Shown here in pieces: positions 20,492-31,413 of a stretch of DNA of 64,000 bases; within the stretch, counting starts at the first letter, position 1, and every line of letters begins with the position of its first letter. The translations under genes and the position numbers were made by a program. The stretch is from sequence record MT135025.1. One strand, given 5' to 3'. The notes below the pieces were generated by a model. The model had not been told where the DNA came from. It ran no database searches and was given only the letters and a program-made list of their open reading frames with translations.

Positions 20492-20559
20492 CAAAGCGCC
20501 TTCGGGCGCTTTTTTTGTTTAGAACTCCCTAAACTTACATTAAAATATCTAGACGGGAG

Positions 20560-20781
20560 GTGTCGATGAAAGACAAGCAACAATTGAAAGTTCGATGTTC
20601 TATTCATATCGCAGAACAACTAATGCAGTTACCCGAATTTCGTGACATGTCGGTTACGAAAATCTTCCAAACACTATCTACAGATTATCTCAACAGGAGT
20701 GCGTTTCAGCACGTCGGGGCGATTAATGGAAAGAGCAGAAATCATCATTCCTACAAAAAGTGTAAGGAATGCGGGGTATGA
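20560..20781 (+). CDS. Hypothetical protein (possible ribbon-helix-helix)
   Basis: GGAGG RBS, GTG start. Confidence 0.5.
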   Translation: MSMKDKQQLKVRCSIHIAEQLMQLPEFRDMSVTKIFQTLSTDYLNRSAFQHVGAINGKSRNHHSYKKCKECGV

Positions 20782-21457
20782 GTTCGAAGTGATCGATACT
20801 AGCAAACTTGATCACTATCACGTGCGCTGTGTTACAAACACACTGTACGACAATAGAATCAAAGGGTCAAAACTAGATGGTTTCAGAGCAGAAATTACGC
20901 TAATGGACGCGGAATCACTAGTTTTTTTAAACTCGATGAATCTATATGCTAACTTCACTGAATCTAACAGAGCAAACAACGGCATGAAGCGTATCAAATC
21001 GGCAAGATACGACTATCATCATTATTATCAGCAACAAGAAGATTGGTTCAAATCAATATTACGTCAACACAAAATCAAAGTGAAATATCCAAACGGAGAG
21101 ACTCGCGAGAAATTACCGATGTTCTACACGTGCGGGTTGCGACTTTCGAACGTTCGACGTTCAGCGGATAAAGCATGTGCAATGCTCGTTCTAGATGAGA
21201 ATCAAAAGCCGAAGCTGTATGCATTTGCAATAGGTAAACTTAGGTATGTTGTAGACGCTTATGACAAGACTGCTAACCTAAACTGTCCGGCGCAGATCGG
21301 GAAGAAGACGGTTGACGTTATTGAGTGTTTAGACTATAATGATGAAGACGATTGGAATGATGAAAATGAACTCGAAGAAGTTCACAAAAAGATTGTTATT
21401 CCAGATGTATCCGATTTAGATAAAGTATTAATGTCGTTAGACGAAGAAGAGTTTTAA
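20726..21457 (+). CDS. Hypothetical protein
   Basis: ORF with acidic C-terminus. Confidence 0.75.
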   Translation: MERAEIIIPTKSVRNAGYEFEVIDTSKLDHYHVRCVTNTLYDNRIKGSKLDGFRAEITLMDAESLVFLNSMNLYANFTESNRANNGMKRIKSARYDYHHYYQQQEDWFKSILRQHKIKVKYPNGETREKLPMFYTCGLRLSNVRRSADKACAMLVLDENQKPKLYAFAIGKLRYVVDAYDKTANLNCPAQIGKKTVDVIECLDYNDEDDWNDENELEEVHKKIVIPDVSDLDKVLMSLDEEEF

Positions 21458-21460
21458 TTT

Positions 21461-21760
21461 ATGAAAGAAGTATCAACAACAACTTACAAAAGCACTCCAG
21501 AACTGGCTCTTGATATTGCAGCATATGCATCACTGTTAGTCAAGATGGGATATGATGAGTGTGTCACAAATCAGAAACTCTTTGTTGAAATGTGCAATGA
21601 AGCAGGATTTAGAACTACAACGGGCAAAGAATTCACGCAGATGTCGTTTCGACAAATGTTTGCTCGTCTTCCGCAAGGGACTAAGCGCGAAGTTCGTGAA
21701 TCGTTCTCGTGGGGTAATGTCCCGCAAGGTGAATCAATTTTAGAAAGCATTTATGTTTAA
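21461..21760 (+). CDS. Hypothetical protein (recombinase-type DNA-binding motif)
   Basis: NEAGFRTTTGKEFT. Confidence 0.65.
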   Translation: MKEVSTTTYKSTPELALDIAAYASLLVKMGYDECVTNQKLFVEMCNEAGFRTTTGKEFTQMSFRQMFARLPQGTKREVRESFSWGNVPQGESILESIYV

Positions 21761-21768
21761 GGTAAATT

Positions 21769-22065
21769 ATGAATTTTGGAAATGCACTTGAATCTTTAAA
21801 AGCCGGTCGAAAAATATCACGCGAAGGTTGGAATGGTAAGGGTATGTTTATCGTTCTTATGCCAGCACTTTACTTGCCGCCTTTTAACACGCAAGACACA
21901 ATGCGAAAAGTCAATGATCGAACTGCAAAACACATCGGCGAAGATACGCCACTAGACAGTCAACCGTACATTGCAATGTTCACGGCTGAACAGAAATGGC
22001 AACCGGGATGGGTAGCGTCTCAGGCTGATATTTTAGCTGAAGATTGGGTCGTTCACGACGAATAA
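21769..22065 (+). CDS. DUF2829 protein, Tad2-like anti-Thoeris sponge
   Basis: MNFGNALESLKAG.KISREGWNGKGMF ... WVASQADILAEDW. Confidence 0.8.
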   Translation: MNFGNALESLKAGRKISREGWNGKGMFIVLMPALYLPPFNTQDTMRKVNDRTAKHIGEDTPLDSQPYIAMFTAEQKWQPGWVASQADILAEDWVVHDE

Positions 22066-22069
22066 AGAA

Positions 22070-22105
22070 AAGGGAGAGTACAACTGTTACTCTCCCTTTT
22101 TTTTG
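22070..22105. terminator. Bidirectional terminator
   Basis: aaaagggagagta-caactgt-tactctcccttttttt. Confidence 0.85.
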
Positions 22106-22106
22106 G

Positions 22107-22682
22107 TCACTGTACTTTCTTAGTTCGCTTGTCAATCTCGTGAACTTTACTTTCAAGATTGTCAATACGAGTATTAAGCATTTCTCCATCTTTCCCCGTA
22201 AAGCGGTCAGTTGAATCAATGTTAATCAATGTCTCGACTCTGGCTAAATCAGTCTCAATCTTAGAGTAACGTGAGTGGGTACCGTCTATCTTAGTAATAA
22301 TGGCGTTCTGAGTACTTTTAATACTCTCCACTGAGTTTACTAGATTTTTGTCGCCCAACTCCGACGCACTCCTCAATGCTCTTACTTCGCTCTCAAGACT
22401 ACCATAGTTTACAAGCACTTGATCTTGCTTTTTAACGATAAGAGCTTGCGCCCCTTCTAAGCCAATCAGTTGTTGTGCCTGCGTTGCGTTTGTTAGTTTG
22501 ATGTCAGTTATTTCTTGCATGATTTTAGCGTTTTGAGCAACTGCGGTTTTACCTTGTTCTTGGACAACTTGTAATGCTTCTTGCATACTACCGTAGTTTG
22601 TCGCAACGCTCATTGAGGTGATAGCCAGAGGGATAAGAATAGTACCTATAACAGCTAACAAAAATTGCGCCATTTTACTCAT
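22107..22682 (-). CDS. Membrane-anchored coiled-coil protein
   Basis: N-terminal TM, heptad-rich body; TATAAATA late promoter at ~22730. Confidence 0.7.
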   Translation of the reverse strand: MSKMAQFLLAVIGTILIPLAITSMSVATNYGSMQEALQVVQEQGKTAVAQNAKIMQEITDIKLTNATQAQQLIGLEGAQALIVKKQDQVLVNYGSLESEVRALRSASELGDKNLVNSVESIKSTQNAIITKIDGTHSRYSKIETDLARVETLINIDSTDRFTGKDGEMLNTRIDNLESKVHEIDKRTKKVQ

Positions 22683-22732
22683 AGTATTGGTTCCTATGTT
22701 GGTTTATCTTATTCTCTGACTGTCAGGTGTAT

Positions 22733-25700
22733 TTATAAACGAAGCAACTTCTTCCACCATGGGCGTTTAAGCTCTTGTACTTCGTTCTGAAGCGTGTCTA
22801 CTTTTGCATTAAGCTCTTTGATAGCTTCAATCAAAAGACCGTTCATATTGCCGTACGCGACTGATAGAATACGATCTTCGTCGTCACTTTCCATCACTGC
22901 TTCTGGCAGTACTTTTTCCACTTCTTGCGCAATCACACCCGTTTCACGAATATATTCGTCGGAATCGAATGAACTACGCTTGTCATATGTATACCCGTTT
23001 AATTCACCTACTTTATTGAGTGCATTGTCAATAAGCTTGATGTTTTTCTTCAAACGTCGGTCTGAGTACGCTGTCACGTTACCCGGAGCAGTGAAGTTAC
23101 CAGTTGAATACTGAAATGACCACTGCTTAGTCGTTGAGCTATTCAGAGACGATACGATCTGAGCCGTATGCGCTCCCGAAGAACTCAAAATTGCACCGAA
23201 TGAGTGCTGATAACGACCACCCGAGTGGTTAATATCACCTTTCATGAAAGCATGATATTCACTACTACCCGAACTTGATTTGTAGTGATAAAACGGAGCT
23301 TGTGACGTGTAATGCGAAGCATATGCATAAGATGCCGCAGATCCGTAAGCCGTCATCCTACCCGTAGACAACAATGCACTTTGAACTGTTACATCAGTAA
23401 AGTCATTCCCATAGTTGACAATCAAGTTTGACGTTGTACCTACTAATGCTCGCTTATCACGAATCTTGAAATCTTGACCGCCATTTGAGCTAATCAAAGA
23501 AGACCCGAGATAGGTTGCTGTGGTAGCAGTCGTAGCCGATGTCGCCGTCGTAGCGTTGCCACTCAGAGAACCCACGAATGTCGGCGCTGTTACACTATGC
23601 GCAAACACCGCAGTTCCGTTTTCGTTCAATCTGAAATCATCAGATGCACTACCGTTGTATCTAAACGCCATGACACCGTTTTGATGGTCAAGCTGCCAGT
23701 AGTTATCGCTGTACGTACTGTCCATCAAGTTCAACTGAACGTTTGTGTGTCGAATCGTCAACTGTCCATTGATCGTATCCCCTGCTTTGCTAACCGCACC
23801 AATTTCAGCCAATGACCATGCAACGTTAGCAGATCCGTTTACTGATTTGCCAGTATTACCGATTGTCAATGTACGAGCATTAGCCCATGTCGTTGCTGTA
23901 CTTGCATTCCCACTCAGTGGGCCTACAAAGCTACCACTCATAGTCCCACCGATAACTGATATATTACCAGACGAATTGCAGTCTAGGCGAATGTCATAAT
24001 CAGCCGTGCTATTAGTCGTGTGGAAATCAATATATCTCGCAACTTCAAGCACACCAGCAGATGTAACTTTTGCTAGGTATTTGTTAACAATCCCTGCGAA
24101 TGTTTGAGTTGTCGAGAACTCGGAATTTTGTGCAAATCGAGCATCGGATTCAGATTCAGTGTAGTACCGACCATCGTGAGTATGAGAGTCATTTGCCACA
24201 GTAACTGTCATTGTCGCATTTGAGCTACCGTCAAACGAAACTGCGCCACTTACATCGCCGTTTAGCGTCAGCGTACGAGCAGTAGTCCATTTGTCAGCAT
24301 TTGGATGATAACCGTCATGAAACACATTGTTGCTTCCGTATTTCAAAACCCCATCAACTGAAGACAATACCCCGTCAATACCCCAGAAATTTGAGTGATA
24401 GTTGCCGCCCGTATTGACAAACTCATGGTAAACTTCAACAGTATAGTTCGATGTGTGCCATGTCGAAACAGCAGGATCGCCATCTACATCAATGAAGAAA
24501 TTGATTCTATTACTACTTGCCGCAGATTGAGTAGTATTAACAACCGTCCATGCACCGTTGATATTAGTGAATGTCGCGCTAGATGCCGAGTCAGTAGTTC
24601 CAGTGCCCGTAATTACAGCTCGTACACGGATAGAACCTTGCGTAATCGCAGCCCCATTTTGGTCTAACAACTTAGCAGGAGCATTGATGTTTACTGCATA
24701 TTCTCGGCGATACTTGTACATCCCTCCGTAGAAATCACCCGTGATCTCTTTAGCTGTCCATGTTACATTACTCGTACCATCTACTGACTTACCAGTGTTA
24801 CCGATTGTCAACGTCCTTGCAGTTGTCCATTTATCAGCATTCGGGTGATAAGCATCGTGAAACACACGTTGGTTTACTTTCGCGAAAATCTCACCTTCAA
24901 CTTCAAGACCAGCAGGTGATGCAATTGAGCCATTATCACGAATGATCAATGCTTGACCGTTGCCACCAGCCGTGTTAATATCACCGTCAATGATCTCGTG
25001 AATCAACTCAAGGTTTTGACCAGCACTTGTAATCCAGTTGATGCCTGAATTGTTGTTTGCGTAATCAGTTTCATTGAAACTCAAACGCCCGCCAGCTTTG
25101 CTAATTGCAACGTTACCAGTGAACGTATCGCCAGCCACGTTAGCAAAACGAGCATCAGATTCTGTTTCAGTGTAGTAACGACCATCATGCGTGTGTGAAT
25201 CGTTCGCTACAGTCGCTGTAACGGTCACAGTTGCGTTAGCCGACCCATCAATCGTCATAGACGCAGAACCGCTTACATCGCCCGTTAGAGTCGTTGTGAG
25301 CGTGCGTGCAGTTGTCCACTTATCAGCATTTGGATGATAACCGTCGTGAAACACATTGTTATCTTTGTACTTGATCGCAGTTGTATTAACAACAAACCCA
25401 CTTGCAGTCGCTGAACCGACTTGCAACGTACCATCAGTACGAACTAGAGACGAGCCGAAGTATACCCCAGTTGTAAATGCGGCTTGGTCATTGATTCTCA
25501 ACCATGAATCAAATCCGCGAAATGCAGTTTTCGCGTTGATGTCAATGTTCTCAATGCCGAAGTTTGCTGCCGTTGCATCAATACGAAATCGAGTTGTCGC
25601 TGTATCATTTTCACGTAAACTAAAATTACCACCATCGTTGATCAGATACCAACGCTTTGTACCGTCATTATCTTGAAGCAACAGACGCGGAGAACCACCT

Positions 25701-25990
25701 CGAATCTCAATTTCATTCGCCGTATTTGTCAGTTTACCCGTCATCGTATCGCCGATCTTTTGAACGTAGCCACCGCCCGCAATCGGGGCAAATCGAGCAT
25801 CAGATTCAGCTTTTGTAAATGCAGAAGTCGTCCCACCGTTACCTAGTTCGCCTGGCAGTGGTGTGTCGTGTTCTGTGTAAATTTTGTAGCCTTGGTAGCG
25901 GATAGTCTCGCCTTGCGGGTCAAAGCGAAGATTTCCTCCGTGCCAGACTATATTACCACCAATTGCGGTAGTTGATCTTAGTTCTGCCAT
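22733..25990 (-). CDS. Long tail fibre (distal/gp37-like) with peptidase S74 chaperone, paralogue 1
   Basis: C-terminal SDRRLKKNI...GVIAQEVE...VAYGNM; repeated YHPNADKWTTARTL modules. Confidence 0.9.
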   Translation of the reverse strand: MAELRSTTAIGGNIVWHGGNLRFDPQGETIRYQGYKIYTEHDTPLPGELGNGGTTSAFTKAESDARFAPIAGGGYVQKIGDTMTGKLTNTANEIEIRGGSPRLLLQDNDGTKRWYLINDGGNFSLRENDTATTRFRIDATAANFGIENIDINAKTAFRGFDSWLRINDQAAFTTGVYFGSSLVRTDGTLQVGSATASGFVVNTTAIKYKDNNVFHDGYHPNADKWTTARTLTTTLTGDVSGSASMTIDGSANATVTVTATVANDSHTHDGRYYTETESDARFANVAGDTFTGNVAISKAGGRLSFNETDYANNNSGINWITSAGQNLELIHEIIDGDINTAGGNGQALIIRDNGSIASPAGLEVEGEIFAKVNQRVFHDAYHPNADKWTTARTLTIGNTGKSVDGTSNVTWTAKEITGDFYGGMYKYRREYAVNINAPAKLLDQNGAAITQGSIRVRAVITGTGTTDSASSATFTNINGAWTVVNTTQSAASSNRINFFIDVDGDPAVSTWHTSNYTVEVYHEFVNTGGNYHSNFWGIDGVLSSVDGVLKYGSNNVFHDGYHPNADKWTTARTLTLNGDVSGAVSFDGSSNATMTVTVANDSHTHDGRYYTESESDARFAQNSEFSTTQTFAGIVNKYLAKVTSAGVLEVARYIDFHTTNSTADYDIRLDCNSSGNISVIGGTMSGSFVGPLSGNASTATTWANARTLTIGNTGKSVNGSANVAWSLAEIGAVSKAGDTINGQLTIRHTNVQLNLMDSTYSDNYWQLDHQNGVMAFRYNGSASDDFRLNENGTAVFAHSVTAPTFVGSLSGNATTATSATTATTATYLGSSLISSNGGQDFKIRDKRALVGTTSNLIVNYGNDFTDVTVQSALLSTGRMTAYGSAASYAYASHYTSQAPFYHYKSSSGSSEYHAFMKGDINHSGGRYQHSFGAILSSSGAHTAQIVSSLNSSTTKQWSFQYSTGNFTAPGNVTAYSDRRLKKNIKLIDNALNKVGELNGYTYDKRSSFDSDEYIRETGVIAQEVEKVLPEAVMESDDEDRILSVAYGNMNGLLIEAIKELNAKVDTLQNEVQELKRPWWKKLLRL

Positions 25991-26061
25991 GTTATTCTCT
26001 CATTGAGTACGTTTATCATGTATTTATGAAGATACAAAAAAAGCTCCCGAAGGAGCTTTTA

Positions 26062-29000
26062 TTAACTTAGTAGTGCTTCTAGTCTAGCGATTCGTTCTTC
26101 AAGAGCTTCGCGTTTGCGCTTCTCTTCTTTGATACCCTCGATCAATAGACCAACCATATTTCCGTATGCAACTGCATAGTGACCATCAGCATCGCCACCG
26201 GATTCAACAACAGCTTCTGGTAGAACTTCAAGAACTTCTTGAGCAATTACACCAGTTTGTCGCGGACATTCAACGTCTGTACGATCATATGTGTAACCAT
26301 TCAGACGGTCAATCTTCTCAAGCGGATTTGTGATTCGCTCAACGTTAGTCTTGACTCGCGCATCCGAGTATGCTGTAATATTACCAGCAGATTGAATGCT
26401 TTGATAGTAGTAGAAACCACTTGTCGCATCAGTTGAGTTATGAATCCATGATGTATTACGAGCTCCGAAATGCCATGTCTTACCGTTATCAGAACGGAAA
26501 AGCCAGCTACCTTCGTTCGATGAGTTCTGCATGTATCGTGTAGTATCGCCACCCAATGCAATGACGTTCTTAACCATCAGGTTACCGCCAGTCGTCAAAG
26601 ACATTGCCCCATCAGTCGCTGCGTCACCCTCATCACGCCACAAGAATCCACGATCCGTATCGTTGTTCATTGTGAACGTCATTGCGTAGTCATTCAACCA
26701 ACCAAAGGATTGTCCGCTTGCCATGCCGATTGTATATGAACCACTAGACCACACTCGAATCTTATCATAAGAAGAAACACCAGTTGAGATCAATGTCCCA
26801 TTGACTGTGAAGCTTCCATCAGAATGAGTATGATTGTGTGAATCATTCGCAACCGCAACAGATAATGTAACGTTTGCGCTACCGTCGATTGAAGCAGAAC
26901 CACTTACATCGCCGTTCAGAGTCAGAGTACGAGCCGTAGTCCACTTATCTGCCAACGGGTGATAAGATGAGTTGTAGTTCGCACGCCATCCCGGTGAATA
27001 GCTAGACCCATTATCAATGTAGATGAATTCTTGTCTAGTTGTCGCACCAGAAGCAGTTGTCGGTGTAATAACTTTGATTGTGCAGTTTGTAGTTGAAGTA
27101 CCATGAACTTCAATCACAGAACCCGCAGTCCCAAACACACCAAAACCAGTGTCTACCGTCACCTGAGCAGCATATGACCAACTACCACGACATGTCCAAT
27201 ACCAAGTTGAGAACGCGCCTTGTGCAGACAGCAATGAAATAAATTCAGCAGTCGTTACTCGATTATTTGTCCCAAATGAAATTTGACCTGCACCGTTAGT
27301 GCCTGTAACCTCTTGAGGAGACCATGATACGTTAGCTGTACCGTTTACAGACTTGCCAGTTTTCCCGATTGTCAACGTACGAGCAGTTGTCCACTTCGTC
27401 GCTTGTGTAGCTGAAGTCGCAGATGTTGCAGTCGTAGCGTTACCACTCAATGCCCCGATGAATGTCGGTGCTGTGATATTCACAGTCGATGTAATTGAAG
27501 TACTCTTAACTGAAAATTGTTTATTGTCAGCTAGTATACCACCGACGCCAAGAACAACCTCGCCTGCCGTGTTTGAGTTGTGCAAATACACCGCAGTGCG
27601 GTTACCAATCAATCCAAATTTATCAACTTTAACCGTTTCAGATGCAGGAGCCGTATTGCCAGCAGAGTCAGTGATGATCAATGATGAACTCATCGTATCA
27701 CCAGTTTTCTGTACGTAGCCGCCGCCCGCAATAGGTGCGAATCTCGCGTCTGCTTCAGTCTCGGTGTAGTATCGACCATCGTGCGTATGTGAGTCATTAG
27801 CAACCACAACAGACAAGGTAACGTTTGAGCTACCGTCGATTGAAGCAGAACCACTTACATCGCCGTTCAGAGTCAATGTTCTTGCAGTTGTCCACTTATC
27901 AGCCAATGGGTGATATTCATCATCGAAGATCTTCATCCACGCTGAACTAACACCAGACTCTCGACGCTTCCACCATAGGCGATTACTATTCTGACCCATA
28001 GCAAGAGTCATTGCATAACCGTTACCGTTGTTGTGCTCAGTATGAACACCCCACATCCAACCAGTTTCTTCAGCAGGCTTACCCGTGATTGAGCTATTTA
28101 CATCAATGAAACCGCTTCGTTGGTAATCATCAATGTCACCGGAAGATAGCTGCATCGAGCCGATTTTTCCGCCAGATGTTCCACCAAAACCGTAAACCAC
28201 GTTACTTGACTGAGCTTGTGTAGTAGGTACATTCAAGTAACCAGTCATCGTATCGCCAGTCGCGTTTACGAAACGAGCATCAGATTCTGCTTCGGTGTAG
28301 TAACGACCATCGTGAGTATGAGAGTCGTCAGCAACTGTAACTGCGAGTGAAATATTCGAGCTACCATCAAACGAAACTGATCCACTAACATCACCAGATA
28401 ACGTCAACGTTCTTGCAGTTGTCCACTTATCAGCTTCTGGGTGGTAGTCGGTGTGGTACATATAAACCCAGTCTTCCCACACGTCTGCGTATCTCGTACG
28501 AAGTGCAATTGTACCTGAGTTACCGCTTATACCATATGGATAAGCAACTTGAGTCGCGTTAGTAGTCGAACCATATGTCATTGTCTGAGCATACCAGTAA
28601 CCAGTAAACCCAGCAGGTCGATTTAGACCCTGTGACAGCTTGTTGTAAAATCCACCACGATAAAGAGTATCCCAGTCCACTGTAGTATCAACACCCGATA
28701 GAGTACGCCCCGTAGCGATATACTCTGGGTTACTCGCGCTCAGACCGACTTCAGCGTATGTCGTATGATTCGGGACAACTGTACTAATCGTGACGTTTGA
28801 ACTACCATCAATTGAAACTGAACCAGTTACTTCGCCCGATAGAGTAAGCGTTCTTGCAGTCGTCCATTTATCGGCATTTGGGTGATAGTTGTCTGCAAAA
28901 ATTCGCTGCGTTGTGTTTAGATACCCAATACCGTTGATAACAACGTTGTTGTTTGATCTAGAACCGTACATGACAACCGATTCAGAATTCGATTCACGTC

Positions 29001-29337
29001 TGATAATCTGCCATTGATTGACATCACCATCATAGTGATAACGCACACCGTGATTTCCGTTGTCTTCCGTTAGATATAGACTTGCATCGGTGTTTGCAGT
29101 ACTGCTCAAATGCAATTGCGCAGTCGATTTAGCGATTTGCAAATCGCCACTCATGACATCACCAGCACGTTTAACAACAGACTCGGTTAAATCTGTATGA
29201 GGGTCTGGCTTGTCATTTTCTGTATAAAGTTTGTAGCCATTGTAAAGTACTGTTTCTCCTTGCGGATCGAAACGCAAATTACCGCCATGCCAAACTATGT
29301 TACCGCCAATCGCGGTTGTTGAACGTAATTCTGCCAT
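26062..29337 (-). CDS. Long tail fibre (distal/gp37-like) with peptidase S74 chaperone, paralogue 2
   Basis: Same N-terminus MAELRSTTAIGGNIVWHGGNLRFDPQGET; SDARVKTN...GVIAQEV. Confidence 0.9.
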   Translation of the reverse strand: MAELRSTTAIGGNIVWHGGNLRFDPQGETVLYNGYKLYTENDKPDPHTDLTESVVKRAGDVMSGDLQIAKSTAQLHLSSTANTDASLYLTEDNGNHGVRYHYDGDVNQWQIIRRESNSESVVMYGSRSNNNVVINGIGYLNTTQRIFADNYHPNADKWTTARTLTLSGEVTGSVSIDGSSNVTISTVVPNHTTYAEVGLSASNPEYIATGRTLSGVDTTVDWDTLYRGGFYNKLSQGLNRPAGFTGYWYAQTMTYGSTTNATQVAYPYGISGNSGTIALRTRYADVWEDWVYMYHTDYHPEADKWTTARTLTLSGDVSGSVSFDGSSNISLAVTVADDSHTHDGRYYTEAESDARFVNATGDTMTGYLNVPTTQAQSSNVVYGFGGTSGGKIGSMQLSSGDIDDYQRSGFIDVNSSITGKPAEETGWMWGVHTEHNNGNGYAMTLAMGQNSNRLWWKRRESGVSSAWMKIFDDEYHPLADKWTTARTLTLNGDVSGSASIDGSSNVTLSVVVANDSHTHDGRYYTETEADARFAPIAGGGYVQKTGDTMSSSLIITDSAGNTAPASETVKVDKFGLIGNRTAVYLHNSNTAGEVVLGVGGILADNKQFSVKSTSITSTVNITAPTFIGALSGNATTATSATSATQATKWTTARTLTIGKTGKSVNGTANVSWSPQEVTGTNGAGQISFGTNNRVTTAEFISLLSAQGAFSTWYWTCRGSWSYAAQVTVDTGFGVFGTAGSVIEVHGTSTTNCTIKVITPTTASGATTRQEFIYIDNGSSYSPGWRANYNSSYHPLADKWTTARTLTLNGDVSGSASIDGSANVTLSVAVANDSHNHTHSDGSFTVNGTLISTGVSSYDKIRVWSSGSYTIGMASGQSFGWLNDYAMTFTMNNDTDRGFLWRDEGDAATDGAMSLTTGGNLMVKNVIALGGDTTRYMQNSSNEGSWLFRSDNGKTWHFGARNTSWIHNSTDATSGFYYYQSIQSAGNITAYSDARVKTNVERITNPLEKIDRLNGYTYDRTDVECPRQTGVIAQEVLEVLPEAVVESGGDADGHYAVAYGNMVGLLIEGIKEEKRKREALEERIARLEALLS

Positions 29338-29401
29338 TAGTTTCATTCCATTTATTGAAATTTTTCATATGACAGTATTTATTATGCCGTAAAAAAGGGC
29401 G

Positions 29402-29932
29402 CTATTTGCGCCCCTTACGATTTGCCTTATTTGCTTTTCTTTTTGCTCTACGCAATTCTTTGCGTTTTGCGATTTTGTCTGCACGTCTAACTGCATCATA
29501 ATCCGCAGCACACGACGCAGCAAACGCATCAGGCTTGAAAACGGGTTCTTGACCCACGTATCCCAAGATAGTGCCCTTAGCTTCGTTATACGCAACGTGT
29601 GAACGATGGGATGGGTCTGGGTTGATGTCAACGTGAACTTCAAACCCACGAGTACCACACATTGGCTTAACACGCAGGGCGGTTTCACCTGCTTTATAGA
29701 CTTCATTCATCAAACGACTACGAATACCATCTTTACAAGACATGTACGCTGGTTCAGTTTCGATAGATTTGAATACTTGAGCGCCTTTACTACCCTCAAG
29801 GTGAATGATGATTACAGTAGCGTAACTAATCATATCACTCTTACGCTTGCTATCACACCCAACATAAATCGTACTGTTCGGATGACTGTTATTGATAGCT
29901 GTTTCAATTGCTTCCCAATCGAACATTTTCAC
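29402..29932 (-). CDS. RNase H-like YkuK-family protein
   Basis: IYVGCDS, RLMNEV, EVHVDIN, KPDAFAASCAAD. Confidence 0.8.
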   Translation of the reverse strand: MKMFDWEAIETAINNSHPNSTIYVGCDSKRKSDMISYATVIIIHLEGSKGAQVFKSIETEPAYMSCKDGIRSRLMNEVYKAGETALRVKPMCGTRGFEVHVDINPDPSHRSHVAYNEAKGTILGYVGQEPVFKPDAFAASCAADYDAVRRADKIAKRKELRRAKRKANKANRKGRK

Positions 29933-29976
29933 CTCTGTACAAAAAAGGGCAGCACAATGCCGCCCTTATCACTTAT

Positions 29977-31413
29977 TTAAAAGCTGTAGCGATCAACGCC
30001 TACAGTTTTCAGCATGATCTTGACTGGCTCAAGCTCACCACCCAACAATGAAGTCAGGATAGATGGGCTACAACCCGATACCAGTGCAGTACCCGCTTCG
30101 CCAGCTTTAACCGGAACGTTGCCAAGACGACCACGAATGTTCCAGAAGACTAGTTGTGGCATTTCATAGCCAGCACGTGCGTACATAGCTTTGATTGCGT
30201 CGAAGTTTGCACGTTCGCCGCGACCATACCAGCCGCCACCAGTGTTTGCTTGGTCGAATTCCATGTCGCTCATGATAAGCAACTTGGTTGGCATTTCTTC
30301 TTGTGAAAGATTTGCACGTTTCGCACGCTCTAACAGAACGTTAAAGCATTTACCGATGTTTGTGCTCATGTCTTCACCTGAGCGATTCATGTTGTCAAGA
30401 CGCTCTTTTAGTGAGCTACCGCGCAACTGGTGGAAGTGCGGATCGCTTGAGAACGAAATGAACTGATCTTTGAAGATGCCTTCATTGCGTTCAGCAACAT
30501 AGATGCCAAGAGACATTGCAACTTGCTTACAAGTCACACCCGAACGATCTGTACCTGCGTTGATTGGCGTGCTCATAGAGCCAGATACGTCAACAACAGG
30601 GATGATGCGCTCATCAGAGCCTTCCATGTAGTTCGGCAGAGCTTTCCATTGCTCGTTCGCTACAGACGCATTGCCATGACTAACGCTCTTAACGACATCA
30701 TATGGGAACAATGCACCAGCGTTGATCTTCGCTTCACCTTTTTGAAGTGACTCGATGTAGCTTGTGTAACGAGCAGAAGCGTTACGACCGAATGCTTGTT
30801 GATAACGAGCAGACGCTACAGATGGCAACTTACCAAAGTCGATTGCATCCCATTCTTGAGCACACATCTTCTGTTCAACAGTGTCAGACAAAAGTGCTAG
30901 AATCTTACGCCACTGCTTCGCAGTTACACCAAGAGACTTGATTGTGCGCTTGAACACATGACCGTTTTTGCTGTTTTCACGTGGGAACCACTTAGCAGCA
31001 AGACCGTTCTTGTCGTTTACAATCGCGTTTGACCACAATGTGATCGCGTCTTTCTCAAGACTTGTACCGAACGCAGAAATCAAGTCGTCGAAACGACCTA
31101 GTTCTGGAATTTTCGACATTACAGCACGAGCTACGTCAGGCTGCTCATTACAAAGTTTAGTGAATAGAGTACGGAAAGTACCACGTTCACCCGCACCACC
31201 GCGAACATCACGAGACCATAAAAGAATGCGTGTCGCTAGTTCGGGGTTTTCTGCAAACGCACGACCGAACAGTGTTTTAGACTGATCGTTACCACGCATA
31301 GCAGCAATACCGAAGAACAAGTTTAGACACTCGTTACCTGAAGTGCTGTGAGTAACTGCACCGTTTGCTGTACGTGAATCGTTTGATTGCATAGCGTTCA
31401 TAAATGCTGACAT
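29977..31413 (-). CDS. Ro60/TROVE-like DUF2828 protein with C-terminal vWA domain
   Basis: RTANGA..STSGNECLNLF, RDVRGGAGER, GRFDDL, AKWFPRE, VVDVSGSM, SDMEFD, VFWN. Confidence 0.85.
   Translation of the reverse strand: MSAFMNAMQSNDSRTANGAVTHSTSGNECLNLFFGIAAMRGNDQSKTLFGRAFAENPELATRILLWSRDVRGGAGERGTFRTLFTKLCNEQPDVARAVMSKIPELGRFDDLISAFGTSLEKDAITLWSNAIVNDKNGLAAKWFPRENSKNGHVFKRTIKSLGVTAKQWRKILALLSDTVEQKMCAQEWDAIDFGKLPSVASARYQQAFGRNASARYTSYIESLQKGEAKINAGALFPYDVVKSVSHGNASVANEQWKALPNYMEGSDERIIPVVDVSGSMSTPINAGTDRSGVTCKQVAMSLGIYVAERNEGIFKDQFISFSSDPHFHQLRGSSLKERLDNMNRSGEDMSTNIGKCFNVLLERAKRANLSQEEMPTKLLIMSDMEFDQANTGGGWYGRGERANFDAIKAMYARAGYEMPQLVFWNIRGRLGNVPVKAGEAGTALVSGCSPSILTSLLGGELEPVKIMLKTVGVDRYSF

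Noticed and set aside
22107-22682. T4 holin (gene t) call
   Set aside because: Position after the fibres is suggestive, but no resemblance to the T4 holin periplasmic domain was seen.
22733-29337. Diversity-generating retroelement or invertase shufflon at the tail fibres
   Set aside because: No reverse transcriptase or invertase nearby; no adenine-specific TR/VR pair or inverted crossover sites seen.
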